Of a DNA stretch of 64,000 bases, positions 9,401-21,000 are shown in pieces. A program made the position numbers and the translations under genes. Position 1 is the stretch's first letter; every line of letters starts with the position of its first letter. Source of the stretch: Utricularia gibba. Lineage: Eukaryota; Plantae; Magnoliophyta. Location of the stretch: positions 6,944,001 to 7,008,000 of the forward strand of contig CM007989.1 in NCBI GenBank assembly GCA_002189035.1, in the 5' to 3' direction. Below the pieces are notes generated by a model that ran no database searches, was not told the origin of the DNA, and worked only from the letters and a program-made list of their open reading frames with translations.

Positions 9401-11014
9401 GTGAAAGGGTACCTTCAAAAAGCAGGGGTTGACTATTTCGACACCTTTGCACCTGTGGCACGGTTGGACACCATTAAATTGGTGATAGCACTGGCTGCCT
9501 GCAACAAATGGAACTTGCATCACCTTGATATCAAAACAGCATTTTTACATGGAGAACTCACGGAAGACATCTATGTCAACCCTCCCCCAGGTTTTTTCAT
9601 CAAGAATAATCCGGATCACATTCTGAAACTTAACAAAGCTTTGTATGGGCTCAAACAGGCCCCTAAGGAGTGGTACTCAACCATAGATGCATTTTTCTTA
9701 GAGCAAGGCTACACAAGGAGCAAGAATGATACTACACTTTACATACTAGATGACCAGAGAGGAAAAATCATAATATCACTGTACGTGGACGACATTTTGA
9801 TAACTGGCAGCAGTGAGGAACTGATTTCAGTACAAAAGAGCCTACTACAAATAAGATTTGAACTAACTGACCTTGGACTAGCTCAGTATTTTCTGGGGAT
9901 GGAAATTGTGCAAGAAGAGGACTTCATATTTCTGAACCAGAGAAAGTACATCGAGGACTTGCTGAAAAGGATGAATATGAACAACTCAAAGCCCTCATCT
10001 ACACCGTTTCCACCTGAAATTAAACAGAAATTGGCCAAACAAGAGGGTATACCTGCTGATGTGCAAGAATATCAAAAGATCATTGGGACGCTGATGTACC
10101 TCACGGCTACAAGGCCTGACGTAACATTTGCAGTATCCTTCTTATCCAGGTTTATGCACTGCCCACACACGATACACATGGAAATAACAAGAAAAGTGCT
10201 CAGATATTTAAATTCGACTATTTCACTTGGTCTCTGCTATAAGAAAGGAACTAACCCCATATTGCAAGGGTTTGTTGACTCCGATTTTGCAGGAGACGAA
10301 CAGGAATGCAAGTCAACCACTGGCTACCTCTTCAACTTGGGATCGGCTGTCTTTGCTTGGAACAGCAGAAAACAGGATGTCACCGCTCAATCCTCTGCAG
10401 AAGCAGAGTACGTCGCTGGAGCTTCAGCTGCAAACCATGCGCAATGGCTCATCAAAATCTACGAAGATCTGAAAATTGCAATAAAGAAACCAGTGATTCT
10501 CAAGATAGACAACAAGTCAGCCATAAGCATAGCACACAATCCGGTAATGTTTGGAAGAACGAAGCACATCAAAATCAAGTATCATGTGCTTCGTGATTAT
10601 GTGAAAGAAGGATCAATTGCCCTAGAGCATGTACCATCAGAGGAACAAGCAGCGGATATACTCACCAAAAGCTTATTTCCCAAACATTTCAACAAAATCA
10701 GGGAAATGCTAGGGCTCAGAAACATACCTATGGAAAAATCTCCCCTGTCTCCTTTTCAACATCAAGGGAGGATGTTGGACGGTGATGTTGAAACTGAGAA
10801 AAATCAGAAGCACCAGGGACCTGAGGCAGAAGAGCGTGAGCCGAAGGGAAACGATGCGAGGGAGGAAAACTGTCGCAGAAAGTCCATCACCAGAAATCAG
10901 AGGGAAAATGCAGATACTGGACTTATTGTTATGGGCCCAATAAACAGTATACCAGGTCATATATGCAAGCAGAAGTTCGTTGAGCCCTGCAATGTCCCAA
11001 GCCCAATCCAGTAG
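6440..11014 (+). CDS. Gag-Pol polyprotein, 1524 aa, uninterrupted
   Basis: Two CCHC knuckles (CTFCKRKGHHPSQC, CSYCSLRGHVEKVC), protease IDSGCS, integrase HHCC and D-D-E (FVDE, HSDNGGEY, GICERRN), RT YVDD, RNase H (FVDSDFAG, AEAEY, IDNKSA, AADILTK). Confidence 0.97.
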   Translation: MEGPPVFNGQDYDIWAKLMEDYLDMHDLWTVFEESSSQDPPQKSDEAARLVKKAKVILGKAVTTEVYKQILQCKGPKEAWEQLKDIYGKDKNSQKIEISHNWNRFENLTFTPGMTINQFSELLKGTVLQLQLLGERVDDDRIKRRVINALPRVYAPVISGLRVNRTLHTMSSKELLEGLAEEENEGNLFTQTQDLAFKATENPAYSHTNAGNQTHYVPPSENRAVIFQAKSEKTHTGEQCTFCKRKGHHPSQCFWNPEAVCSYCSLRGHVEKVCPLRRYHQLGGKNTEAIEKSVNMMHDVKLSAEVNKKQVELYSLCQLNTMVTSFTDLRKQEVWLIDSGCSHHLTNNKDSFSILTELTGKFIEIADGKQIPVRGQGTVLIETDQRLIKLTDVYFVPEASHNLLSIGQLVEKGFKVYLEENQCTIRDSDSNIILTARMHNRIFPLNLRDPPTDQALCLTASETTRLWHKRMGHHHYAALSHLYKRNLAEGISNISGKENTCRICAECKMDRKSFPKLALPSETKLAVVTTDVCGPMRTPTRVGNRYYVIFVDEHTKYTWIYLLKQKSKVVHHFKIFKALSEAQSGRKILTLHSDNGGEYCSSELKELCELNGIVHQFTAPYSPEQNGICERRNRIIVNMARCLLYEKNLPAHFWGEAVNTAVYLLNRLPSKGTPEHKTPYELWHNKTPDLTHIRIFGSICYIHIPQEKRSKWSKKSEPGILLGYSETSKAYRVLNLKTDEVQISRDIIVDESESHDWNHSSSLKENCRTQLSRSRNPFPLEEQTLLFEAHHQNIQTQEHMSPTPETGTTTPIPPESERTPARENEVELSTAHNRTHLPNEEPLSSTPERSIEEEHSTDEQVTQDVPELTEDVTIRKSLRHKTQPVWMDDYACAVSEKKKELKFQENHDSNMEELSNFSIYEPISVLEALRDPEWRKSIENEFDSIEKHGVWTAVPKPQGIKPLDLKFIFRPKLNPDGSLNKRKARLVVKGYLQKAGVDYFDTFAPVARLDTIKLVIALAACNKWNLHHLDIKTAFLHGELTEDIYVNPPPGFFIKNNPDHILKLNKALYGLKQAPKEWYSTIDAFFLEQGYTRSKNDTTLYILDDQRGKIIISLYVDDILITGSSEELISVQKSLLQIRFELTDLGLAQYFLGMEIVQEEDFIFLNQRKYIEDLLKRMNMNNSKPSSTPFPPEIKQKLAKQEGIPADVQEYQKIIGTLMYLTATRPDVTFAVSFLSRFMHCPHTIHMEITRKVLRYLNSTISLGLCYKKGTNPILQGFVDSDFAGDEQECKSTTGYLFNLGSAVFAWNSRKQDVTAQSSAEAEYVAGASAANHAQWLIKIYEDLKIAIKKPVILKIDNKSAISIAHNPVMFGRTKHIKIKYHVLRDYVKEGSIALEHVPSEEQAADILTKSLFPKHFNKIREMLGLRNIPMEKSPLSPFQHQGRMLDGDVETEKNQKHQGPEAEEREPKGNDAREENCRRKSITRNQRENADTGLIVMGPINSIPGHICKQKFVEPCNVPSPIQ
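10764..10772 (+). promoter_or_regulatory. Polypurine tract
   Basis: AAGGGAGGA immediately before the TG of the 3' LTR. Confidence 0.85.
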
Positions 11015-11310
11015 AGAGCATCCTCTCCCACGAGATGACCGTTCTGCTGAAGGAGAACGGAAACAGAAATTCTCAGAGGATAAGATATCGCGAATCACAC
11101 AGCCTAACGGCTATTTTTCTGTTCTATAAATATGGCTTCGTTGTAAAGGAGAAAAATGCTATTTTTGTAGCTGAAAAACCTCAATACAATATCCAAATCT
11201 CCAACAACATCCATTCTCAAACAGCAACATCAGCAAAATTATCCTGTCAACCCTCATTACCACATTGGAAATCATCTATTCTACCACTGACCTTATTCAG
11301 ACTTCCAATA
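10773..11310 (+). repeat. 3' LTR (538 bp), ends TGTTGGA...TCCAATA
   Basis: Differs from the 5' LTR by a 5-nt indel (TCGCA region) and about 5-6 transitions. Confidence 0.97.
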
Positions 11311-12287
11311 TGACCCCCAGCTTACCACGTTCAGAACGCCATGAATCTGTAAAAGAAGCGTCATGTTCATGGGAGTGATTTATGTTATAAAACTGTTGCA
11401 GAAATGGAGTGCTTACGTTCTTCATTCTGGCTATTGAATCCAAGCTGGTGGTTTGGTGGATGAGTTGCCCCTTCAACAGATCAAGTTTGCCGCGAGCCTT
11501 GAGATTCTCCGGCTTGAACTCATGCGCGGTTGGTTTCCCGTCGGTGACGGAGGGCCCTACTTGCCACACATGGTTGATGGCGGTCAATCCTTTCTCGGGG
11601 AGAACCAGGGTGGCGAAGATCCTCATGAACCCATCGGAGTACTCGGCCGACGCCTCCTCGACGCGGAACCACACCGCAGACTCTGTCACGGGAGGAGCAT
11701 ACCCAGTAATATTATACGTCTTAACGCTCATCTTCCCATTGGCGTCGCCGTAAGAAAGCAGGGCCTGTGCGCCGGCCATGCCGCCACCGTAGGGGTTGAT
11801 GGCCCAAGAAACCCAGCCCTCCGGCATCGGCTGACGTGCGGAGAAGGCGACGGAGAGGAGGGCCTCTTTGGGACTGTAGGACCAGTGAATGGTGGAACCG
11901 AGAACCGGGAGATCGTTGCAGAAAGAGTACTTCTTCATGTTGCCGGCGAATTTCTGCGACGAACACGTCGCCGTCGCCTCCACGGCCGACAACGTCACCA
12001 ATCCCACTAGCCAAATGACGGAAGCGAGAACTCGGGAAGCCATGGATTTGTGAGTTGCGTGCAAAACCAGGAAGATGACGAATGAGGAGTGCAACCCAAA
12101 GAGGGGTATATATACGTTTCTGTGTCGTACGGACGATGCGCGCGGGAAAAGTGATATTGAACGGAAATATGCTCAAAGTGGCGGGAATCGGATTAGATTA
12201 GATACGATCATTAATTGCGGCAGGTAAGATAATATGATATTAAAAAAATAAAAATAAATAATGTTTTAATTTACTAATTATGGAAAT

Positions 12288-13466
12288 TGATAATTTATTT
12301 TGTGTCACTTATATTTGTAGTTTTTAGAATTTTCTTAGATGAGTTTTGCATTCTTTTTATCTCAATTTCTTTATATTTTTAGAAAAATTTTATATCTTTC
12401 ATACCAATTTGATCTTTTTGGAGGGAAAGTGTGTTTTGTGCTTTTTCAGGACGAATTTGGAATAATTTGGAGTATTTTCGAGCTACTTTGATGGAGTCTA
12501 AAATTTGGTCTATCCGGAGATGAAGACTCGATCAAAGATTCTCGGATAAGATAACATTCGTATCTTATCTTGGAAAACTTGGATCTCATCCTAAAAGATT
12601 TGTATCAAATCTTAGAAGATTTGGATAGAAGATTTGATGTGAGCCCACCGACAAATCCCCACCATTATATAAAAATCCAAATGCGAAGACCTAAAGGAGA
12701 GAGTCGAAGTGGTGGACGATCAGAGAGTCAATCTAGGGTTTAGAGTCGAGTCTAGCATGTTTTGGATTCCTTTCCTTTCGTTTTTCATCAACTTTTGTTG
12801 TTTAGAGTCAGGCATGTGCGTGTGAGCGCTTGCGGTTGAGGATCTGCTGTGAAGCCTTGCTTGCGTAAGTACTGCGCGCGTGACTGTCTTACTATGTTTT
12901 TCAGCATTTAATTTGAGGTCGGATTCTTTTTTTTGCAACGTTTTCGTTACCAACGTGATCTTTAGTACCATATAAACCTAAGGGAGTGTGGGAGAATCAA
13001 AGATTGGCCTCAAGCACCTAAGGAGAAGGGCTCAATCGGACATCGTTGGTAAGACACATTCTGTCTAATCTAGTGTGAGGTGTAGGGGTTAGATTTGGGT
13101 GTAGGGAAAACATGAGTTTTCACAAGAGGTGAAATGACTTTGGTGGCGTGGTTGATTCCATAATCCCACAAAACAAGGGATGGTGTTATAACGGTCACCG
13201 AGTAGCACTACTTTAACATAACACCCACAAAACTTGTGCAAGTAGATAAGTCTTCAAGGTTTGCACACACGCAAGGGCGAGTTTCAATTAAGGTGGATCT
13301 TAGATCCAAGTCCACTTTTCTTATTGTCTTCAAAAACCAATCTTTCTTTTGTTTCCAATCTTTTTAAATCTTTGTTTTGAAAAGAATATTTCAATAACAA
13401 TTCCATGTGGATACGATCTTATTTTACTATTTCGACGGTTTATGTGCACTTGCAGAATTACCATCA
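12288..13466 (+). mobile_element. Solo LTR (1179 bp), probably Ty3/gypsy Athila-like
   Basis: TGAT...ATCA termini flanked by a perfect 5-bp TSD GAAAT (12283-12287 and 13467-13471). No PBS or PPT next to it. Internal TATA (TTATATAAAA ~12665). The 3' end GTGGATACGATC...CACTTGC...CA resembles Athila LTR ends (family call is inference). Confidence 0.85.
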
Positions 13467-14178
13467 GAAATATATCTTTGTTGTTACCAAAATTGATTAT
13501 AGAGATAAGAAATCAGATCATTTTAAAATATTCATTTAATTTCATATTCAGCGCGGAAGGAAATTGAAGGGACATGGGCGAAGGTGTTCACTCCGGCGGT
13601 CCGTCAGGGGACGTGTCCGACAATGGAATCAAGGTGCTTCCCCATTCATGAAATCGGATTTGAAGTTCAGAAGTGTTGAACCTTAAATGTTGGATTAAAC
13701 TGTTTTTCCTTAACAATGTGTAAGATTGATAAACTTAAAAAACAATGTGTTCACTCGAACACATCCAAATCGAGTCAAACTAAGGGCTTATATGTCTTCG
13801 ACTCAGAAGAAATACATTATCATTTCTCAATATATCAGTGGATCTTGATCAATTCAAATCAACTCAATGTTTATAAGTAAGATGAACATTAAATAATACA
13901 TGAACAACTTCAAAGATGAACATAACTGTAATTCAACAAATTTAAATGAAGAATAGATATTCATAATTCTTTAATAGTAAAATTTATTTTAAATTAACAG
14001 CAAATAGTGTTCTATAAATAAATGAAAAATTAAAAGTTAGCCGAAATTTATTTTTAGGAGGGAAAATGGATATTTTTTATTTTTTATTTTTTTATAAAAT
14101 TAATATATAGTATAGAAAATAGAAATTTGAAGGGAAAATGAAATAATTTGGTATCAAAATGGTTTCCGAAACACTCCC

Positions 14179-14186
14179 TAGGGTTT
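14179..14186 (+). promoter_or_regulatory. Telo-box upstream of PRMT3
   Basis: TAGGGTTT 29 nt before the ATG. Telo-boxes are typical of ribosome-biogenesis gene leaders. Confidence 0.45.
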
Positions 14187-14214
14187 AAGAAATCACCAAC
14201 CAGCTGGTCTGTCT

Positions 14215-16849
14215 ATGGCGGCAGAGGACGATCGGAAGGAAGAGTCTGGGAGCTATGTGCAGGATTCTGAGGAGGATGCAGATGAAGAAATCGAAGATGA
14301 CAATTGGGATGACTGGGAAGAGGACGCTGGGATTCCTCGGTTACAGTGTTTATTCTGCGACTCTCTGTACGAGACTTCCCGTTCTCTTTTTGAGCATTGC
14401 GCGTCAGCCCACTCATTTGATTTTTATGAGATGAAGAAAGCTTGTAACTTGGACTTCTATCATTGCATGAAGCTTGTTAACTTTGTCAGGTCTCAGGTAT
14501 TTTGTATGAACTTTGTTTCTAATGAACTCTTCTGGTTAATAGATTTTCTGGTGAAAGCAAAAAGTTATTTTTTGTTGAAAAGCGATCTGGTTCGGTAAAA
14601 AAAATGGTTTTTGAAACTTTTTTTTCCGGAAAAATCTATCTAATTTGCCATCAGCCTTGTATAAGCTTTTTTTTCTTCATGACGGGGCTGGCGTTTTTTT
14701 CATTGTTCTTTTTCCCCTGGAAGCGACAATCAGATGTTCTTGGTTCTGTCCTGTCACTGATCAGGTGGCATTGAATAAATGCTGGAGCTGCGGTATTGTG
14801 TGTTTGTCCAACAAAGCATTGCAAGAACATCTTCATGATTCAATACAATTTGAAGCAAGTAGTTTCCCATGGAATGATGATAAGTATCTCACTCCATTCC
14901 TAGTTGATGATTCGTTGTTGTACTCATTGAATGATGATGAGGAGGAGGATGAGAATGATGCGATGTCAGTTGATGACAAGGAAATCCAGTCATATTTATC
15001 CGAGTTTGAAAACATTGAAATCTGCGAGGACATCCGAGATGCTTTGTGTACATCTGACCCGAGTGGTTTGTTGTCTTGTGGCAGAGATGAGAAATCTACC
15101 CTGGGCTTAGAAAGACTATCAGAGCAAAATGGAGATGAAGAAAATGGAAAGAGTATTATTATATCTGCAAGGACTTCAGAGAATGAGATAAGGATTGCTA
15201 ATCGAAATTATTTTGGCTCATACAGTTCATTTGGCATTCACAGAGAGATGATAAGTGATAAGGTAGGAGAATTAAACGCCCTTTTTGCTAGAGGGAATAA
15301 ATTATTTGCTATTGTTCCATCCGTTGTTCCCCTGTTATATTATTTCTGTTAATAGAAGCTGCTGTTTTTGTTTTTTTTTTCAGGTAAGAACTGATACCTA
15401 CAGGCAAGCCATTTTTGAAAATCCTTCTCTCATACAAGGTGCAGTCGTTATGGATGTTGGTTGTGGGACTGGTATTTTAAGGTGGGAGTGAGTTGCAATA
15501 TATATGCTTTCACCTATTACATGGTCCTAGGTGCATCTGTATTTTTTAATTTATGGAGACAATGACACACTGTTTTTATGAATCTGAATCCCTTCCTTCT
15601 TTCTTACACTAGCTTCTCTGCCTAGTTTCTATGTGCTCTCAATTCTTGTTCTGATTTATATTTCCATCCAGCCTATTTGCAGCCCAGGCTGGAGCTTCAA
15701 TGGTTATTGCAGTTGAAGCTAGTCAAAAGATGGCTGCAGTTGCTACCCAGGTCAGCCTTGTACCTTAATCTAATATAAGAGCATGTTGTGCCTTTTACCT
15801 TAAACAGGAAATATTGCAGATCGCGAGAGATAACAACCTTCTACTGAATCAAACTCTGAATGATGGCAATCTAAAAAGTGGTGTTATTAAAGTTATTGAA
15901 TCAATGGTGGAGGAAATAGAGAATGCCTGCGTTGAACCTGAAAGTGTTGATTTGATCATAAGTGAATGGATGGGCTATTGTCTGCTTTATGAATCAATGC
16001 TCGCCTCTGTACTCTTTGCACGAGACAAATGGTTGAAGCCAGGAGGTGCAATTCTCCCTGACACTGCAACTATGGTACACTGGATTCTTCTTGCTTTCTC
16101 TGCATATGAACCTTCATTTCATTTCATTGCTCATCGTGTTGGCATGCTTTCTCATCAGTATGTAGCTGGGTTTGGAAGAGGAGCTACCAGCATCCCATTC
16201 TGGGAGAACGTTTACGGTTTTGACATGTCGTGCATCGGCCAAGAGATTGCAGAAGACGCCGCACGGCTTCCTCTGATTGATGTTGTTGAAAAAGGCAACA
16301 TCGTCACCACCACCGAAGCTCTCCAGGTTCCCACCAGCATTTCCTCTTTAGCACTGTCCAGGCAGCACTCTAACCATGATGCATATTCTGTTTCAGGCCT
16401 TTGACCTGGTGACAATGCAGCCCAGTCAGATGGACTTCACCGCCGAGGTCGAGCTGATCCCGAAGGAGGCTTCTTCTTCCGATGATCAGATCATTTGGTG
16501 CTACGGAGTTGTCATCTGGTTCGAGACAGGATTTACTGAGAGATTCTGCCGGGAGAAGCCGGTGACTTTGTCCACTTCACCATACGATACCGCCACACAT
16601 TGGACACAGACGCTTCTCACTCTCAAAGAACCCGTAGCAATGGCGGCGTCAAGCAAATGCTCCCATTCTCAAAGCACGGGCATTGATGCTCCTGGCACAC
16701 CTGACTCCCCCGCTGCTCGAATCCATTCTCGCGTCAGCGTAGTCCGAGCCTCGCCGCATCGCAGCATCGACATTTCCTTGGAGATCACGTCCGTCGGTAC
16801 GGATGGCCGGAAACGGCAATACCCTCCACAGTTGTTTTGTCTGAGCTGA
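14215..16849 (+). CDS. PRMT3: Protein arginine N-methyltransferase 3; 7 exons (14215-14496, 14765-15262, 15384-15481, 15672-15750, 15820-16074, 16159-16326, 16397-16849)
   Basis: N-terminal C2H2 (CLFC...HCASAH), YFGSYSSFGIHREMISDK, VMDVGCGTGIL, SEWMGYCLLYESML, THW loop. Exon phases all consistent. Confidence 0.95.
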
Positions 16850-18000
16850 CAGCACTTTCGGATTCCAATCAATTTTTTGAATTAGATTTGAATTTGGGGA
16901 TTGTATTAATGATTAATTTAAATATTTAAATGAGTATTTTGTTTTCATTTAGGTTTCATTTGATTGGTAGGCTAAGATCTTTATTTAGTTTATTTGGCTT
17001 TAAATAAACATTTATTTGAAAGTTTATATTAAGAATAAAATTTAATTAACTATTTAAAAAATTATAAATGCGTTACTGATGAACCGGCAATGTGAACCAC
17101 TGAACCGACCCGTGCAGTGTACGGATTTATGCTGGTTTATTTATTTTATTAATAAATAAAACAAATGGCCCTTCTATGATTGGGCGGGAAGTGACAGTTT
17201 ATGGCAGTTACGCACGATTGCTATCCACGTGGCGTATTGTGGAGCGTCTCAAATTTTAAAGAGGCCCAAATTTGAAACCGCGATGACCAAATGCCCTGCC
17301 TGCCCGCCCGCATTCTTCCTCCTCCTCCGCCGTCCCTCTCCGCCTTCCTCCTCCTCGCCATTGTCGATGAAGATCAAATGTTAGGTACGTTCTCCGTGCT
17401 TGATTGACCCTTTCATTTTTTTTTGTCTGATTCTTCTCGGTAATCCTCCCGTGTACTCATTTCTTCCCTTTAAAGTTAATGTCTTGCTATTTTGCTTAGG
17501 TCCTTAGCCAGCCCTTTTTGGTTGTTTGGAAATGCACAAATATGTTTTCTTCGTTTTCAATTTTTCCCCTTCTGCTTTTCTGGGAGAGACAACAGATGCT
17601 TTAAGAAAAATCTAATTCCTCCTCGTGTGTCATGGTAATGATGTAGATTGCAGTGTGCGTTGGGCCATGGTTATTTCCTGGTGCCGGAAATGTTCTGTGG
17701 GTTCCTGTTTGTTTTGCACTGTTGGGTAGTTCAGAAAACGAAATGTGATGATATACTTAATTTTGATTCACGTATTGTAAATGATTGTGATAGCTTTGAA
17801 GTAGTTAGGATATCTTCTACTGAACTTTTTTTTTTATATCCTTAGTTGATATAATTTTCTTGTGCTTTTCATGGAAAATCAATATGTTTAAAAGTTTTAC
17901 CTTTTCTTGTCGAATTTACTGGAGGTGTCTACCGATGTACTTTCTTCTTCATTTCTAGCTTACGTGCGCGAGTTTATGATTTCGGTGCAGTGGGACTGCG

Positions 18001-21000
18001 ATGAACATTTCTGCTCTGTTGACTTCTGCGGGTATTAATACAGCAGTATCGTTGGCACTTTTTTCTTTGTACTCTGTTCTAAGAAAACAGCCAAGCCTTT
18101 TGAGTGTGTACTTCGGCCAGAAGCTTGCACAAGCTTATTCAAAAAGCCAAGATGACCCATTCTGGTATTGGAGAATTGTTCCCTCTGCTAGTTGGATACT
18201 GAAGGCATGGGAAGCATCCGAGGAAGAATTGTACGCTACTGGGGTGTGGATGCTGTTGTGTTTCTCCGTACAGTAGTCTTCAGGTATTCGCCTGTTGTAT
18301 TTCTTCGTGCTTATGCAACGTGCAATCTGGAATTTCATTGCACCTTTTGTTGAGATATTGTTCACATACTTAAAAGATGGTGTTCCATGCATTTATCCTT
18401 CAGTTCCTATTTCAAAGTACATATAACTAGGCCTGAGATGGAAGTTTAAATTTGATCACTGGCCTCTTCATCATTTGCAGCATCAGGGTATTCACAATTG
18501 CTGCTTCTGTATGTTTATTCCTTGTTCTTCCACTCAATTATTTTGGACAACAAATGGAGCACAAACAAATCCCTGCTGAGCAGCTTAGTGTTTTCACCAT
18601 TGACAATGTGAAAGAAGGATCAAAATGGTCGGTCAACATTGCAATTATTCAAATGTTAAGCTGGATTCCTAATTTTTATTCCTTTTTCCTTTTTCTTTTG
18701 CAGGCTTTGGGCACACTGCCTTGCATTGTACATTATATCTTTCTGTGCTTGTACCCTTCTCTATATTGTAAGGGCTATAACTAAGTTCTTTCTGTATTAG
18801 GATGGCTACAAGAATTACAAATGTTGGGGGTGATCTGATATGATTTCTCTTATCATTAGGAATACAAGAGCATTACCCGGATGAGGATCGCTCATATCAG
18901 TTCATCTCTATCCTCCCCTGCGCACTTTGCCATTGTTGTTCGTGGAATCCCTTGGGTTCCGGAAGAATCGTATAGTAACACAGTGACCAAATTTTTTACA
19001 GACTTCTATTCATCTAGCTATTTATCACACCAAATGGTTTATGATTCTGGGGCAATCCACAAACTGATGGTGAGCTCCTTTCTTTCTTTATCGCAAGAGA
19101 ATGACTTGTGTTTTGTCTCCTATACCTGCATAGACAAATCCATCCATTATTCTTCTCTTTCAAACAAACACGTAAATATTGGGCATTACCTATTCTTTTA
19201 TACTGCATATGTAGTATACGTCTATGCACTCGCTTGAAGTTTCACACCCTTTAGTCAAAATGAAGTCTTGTCTAGTTCATTGCTGATCAACTATAAATTG
19301 GATAACTGGCCCTTGGAAAATGCACCATGGGATGATGGCAGTGTTGCAGAATATGATATTGAAAACATTCTATTTAATTTGGCTTCTCAAGAACATATCA
19401 ATTCTGATCAAAACTCTTTATACATTCATGTCTTTAAATTATTTTACTATATGGCCGTTTTCTGAATCTAGAATGACGCTGAAAAAGTGTACAAAATGCT
19501 GAAGTCTAGCTACCCTGAGAACTGTATTCCAAGGGCCACAAGATGTTGCATTTGTGGAGGTAATGCACCACCATTCAAAATCCTTTCTCAAGAGCATACT
19601 GAGTCCACCAGCCAAAGCTGCTTTGATGGCTCGAGTGTGAGGGAAAAGGTTTTTTCTCGGAATTTACATACATAGTGATCCTCTCACTCTCTTAATTATG
19701 GAGATCTTTACTGTACGACCTTAAGCATGCGTAATGTATTTCTTTGACAGGAGTGTCCGGCGGCTGTGGTTTTCTTCAGAACTCGATATGCTGCATTGGT
19801 TGCTGCTGAGGCTCTTCAGTCATTGAATCCCATGTTGTGGGTTACAGAGTCTGCTCCTGAACCAAGCGATATGTTTTGGTCAAACTTATGTGTACCCTAC
19901 AAACTTTTCTGGATCCGAAGGCTTGCTGTATCAGTAGCATCCATGTTTTTTGTAATATTCTTCCTCTTCCCTGTGGTCTTCACACAAAGTCTTGTTCATC
20001 TTGACAAAATAAAAAAGATGTTTCCTTTCATGAACAGTATTGCACAAAGGTAGTGACTGGACTACATTAGATCTACTACCGGATCCTCCTCCGTCTTTAA
20101 ATGCTAAGAAAACTCTCTTTCATTTCTTACAGGAAAATTGTGGAACAACTGTTGACCGGATATCTACCAAGTGTTATATTCACTGTCTTTCTTTTCTTTG
20201 TCCCACCATTGATGATGGTCTTTTCCACATTGGAAGGAGTTATATCTCGTAGTGGCAGGAAAAGGAGCACATGCATCAAAGTTGTAATTTTTGTCATATG
20301 GAATGTCTTTTTTGCCAATATTCTAACAGAAGCTGCCATCGATCACTATCAAGTTTCGATCATGAAGTTAGGGGACTACAAAAATATCCCAAACTTGCTT
20401 GCCAAAGCGGTTCCAGCGACGGTGATTTTTCTCATCCAAGTTTTCTCTCTGTTTCCAGATGGCGGCTCTTTCTGATGCAGCTCTTGAATTTCACAGGCTA
20501 CTTTCTTCATGACCTATGTTCTCACGTCTGGTTGGGCAAGCTTATCATATGAGCTCATTCAGCCGTTTCCTCTGGTGTACAATTTGTTCTGCAGATACAT
20601 TCTGCAAAGGAAGGAAGAAACATCATATTCAGCTTACACCTTTCCTTACCACACAGAAGTTCCCAGAGTACTACTCTTTGTCCTTCTGGGCTTCACTTGT
20701 TCCACATTGGCACCCTTGATATTGCCACTCTTGCTCGTCTACTTTGTGCTTGCATATCTCGTGTACCGCAACCAGGTAATAGTTTTTTTCACCGTCCTAC
20801 TTTTACTTCACGCATGAAACACCAAAAGAAAAGCCATGAAGTTATGTTTCTCAATCATATCAGGCCATGATCATCATTTAATTCATCTCTCCTTTTGAGT
20901 AGTTGGCATACTTTTTCTCCTGGAACTTCTAGTCTTCATGTGTATGTTCCTTGTTCTTCCAATGATAGTCATTCAGAGCAATCTGTTCTTTCACTTCAGA

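Larger units (their letters stand above)
5757..11310 (+). mobile_element. Full-length Ty1/copia LTR retrotransposon (probably Ivana-like), antisense to host gene
   Basis: Two ~99% identical LTRs, 5-bp TSD TGACC (5752-5756 and 11311-11315), PBS, PPT, and a single gag-pol ORF in PR-IN-RT-RH order. Lineage is inferred from motifs only. Confidence 0.97.
5184..12043 (-). pseudogene. Cytochrome b561 and DOMON domain protein (AIR12/CYBDOM family), disrupted by a copia insertion in exon 2; exons 12043-11417, 11346-11311 + 5751-5534, 5459-5184
   Basis: Signal peptide and DOMON motifs (SWAINP, MAGAQAL, NHVWQVGP), then IHGVLNVVSWG | [12 protein letters not shown]...WFYLHVSCQ...LHRNLG...YHRSVGY. Splice sites intact. 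The reconstructed pre-insertion exon 2 is 254 nt, one short of frame, at a C5 run (11314-11318). Confidence 0.9.

Noticed and set aside
13560-13960. Possible transposon remnant between the solo LTR and PRMT3
   Set aside because: No TIR, TSD or identifiable protein motif found.
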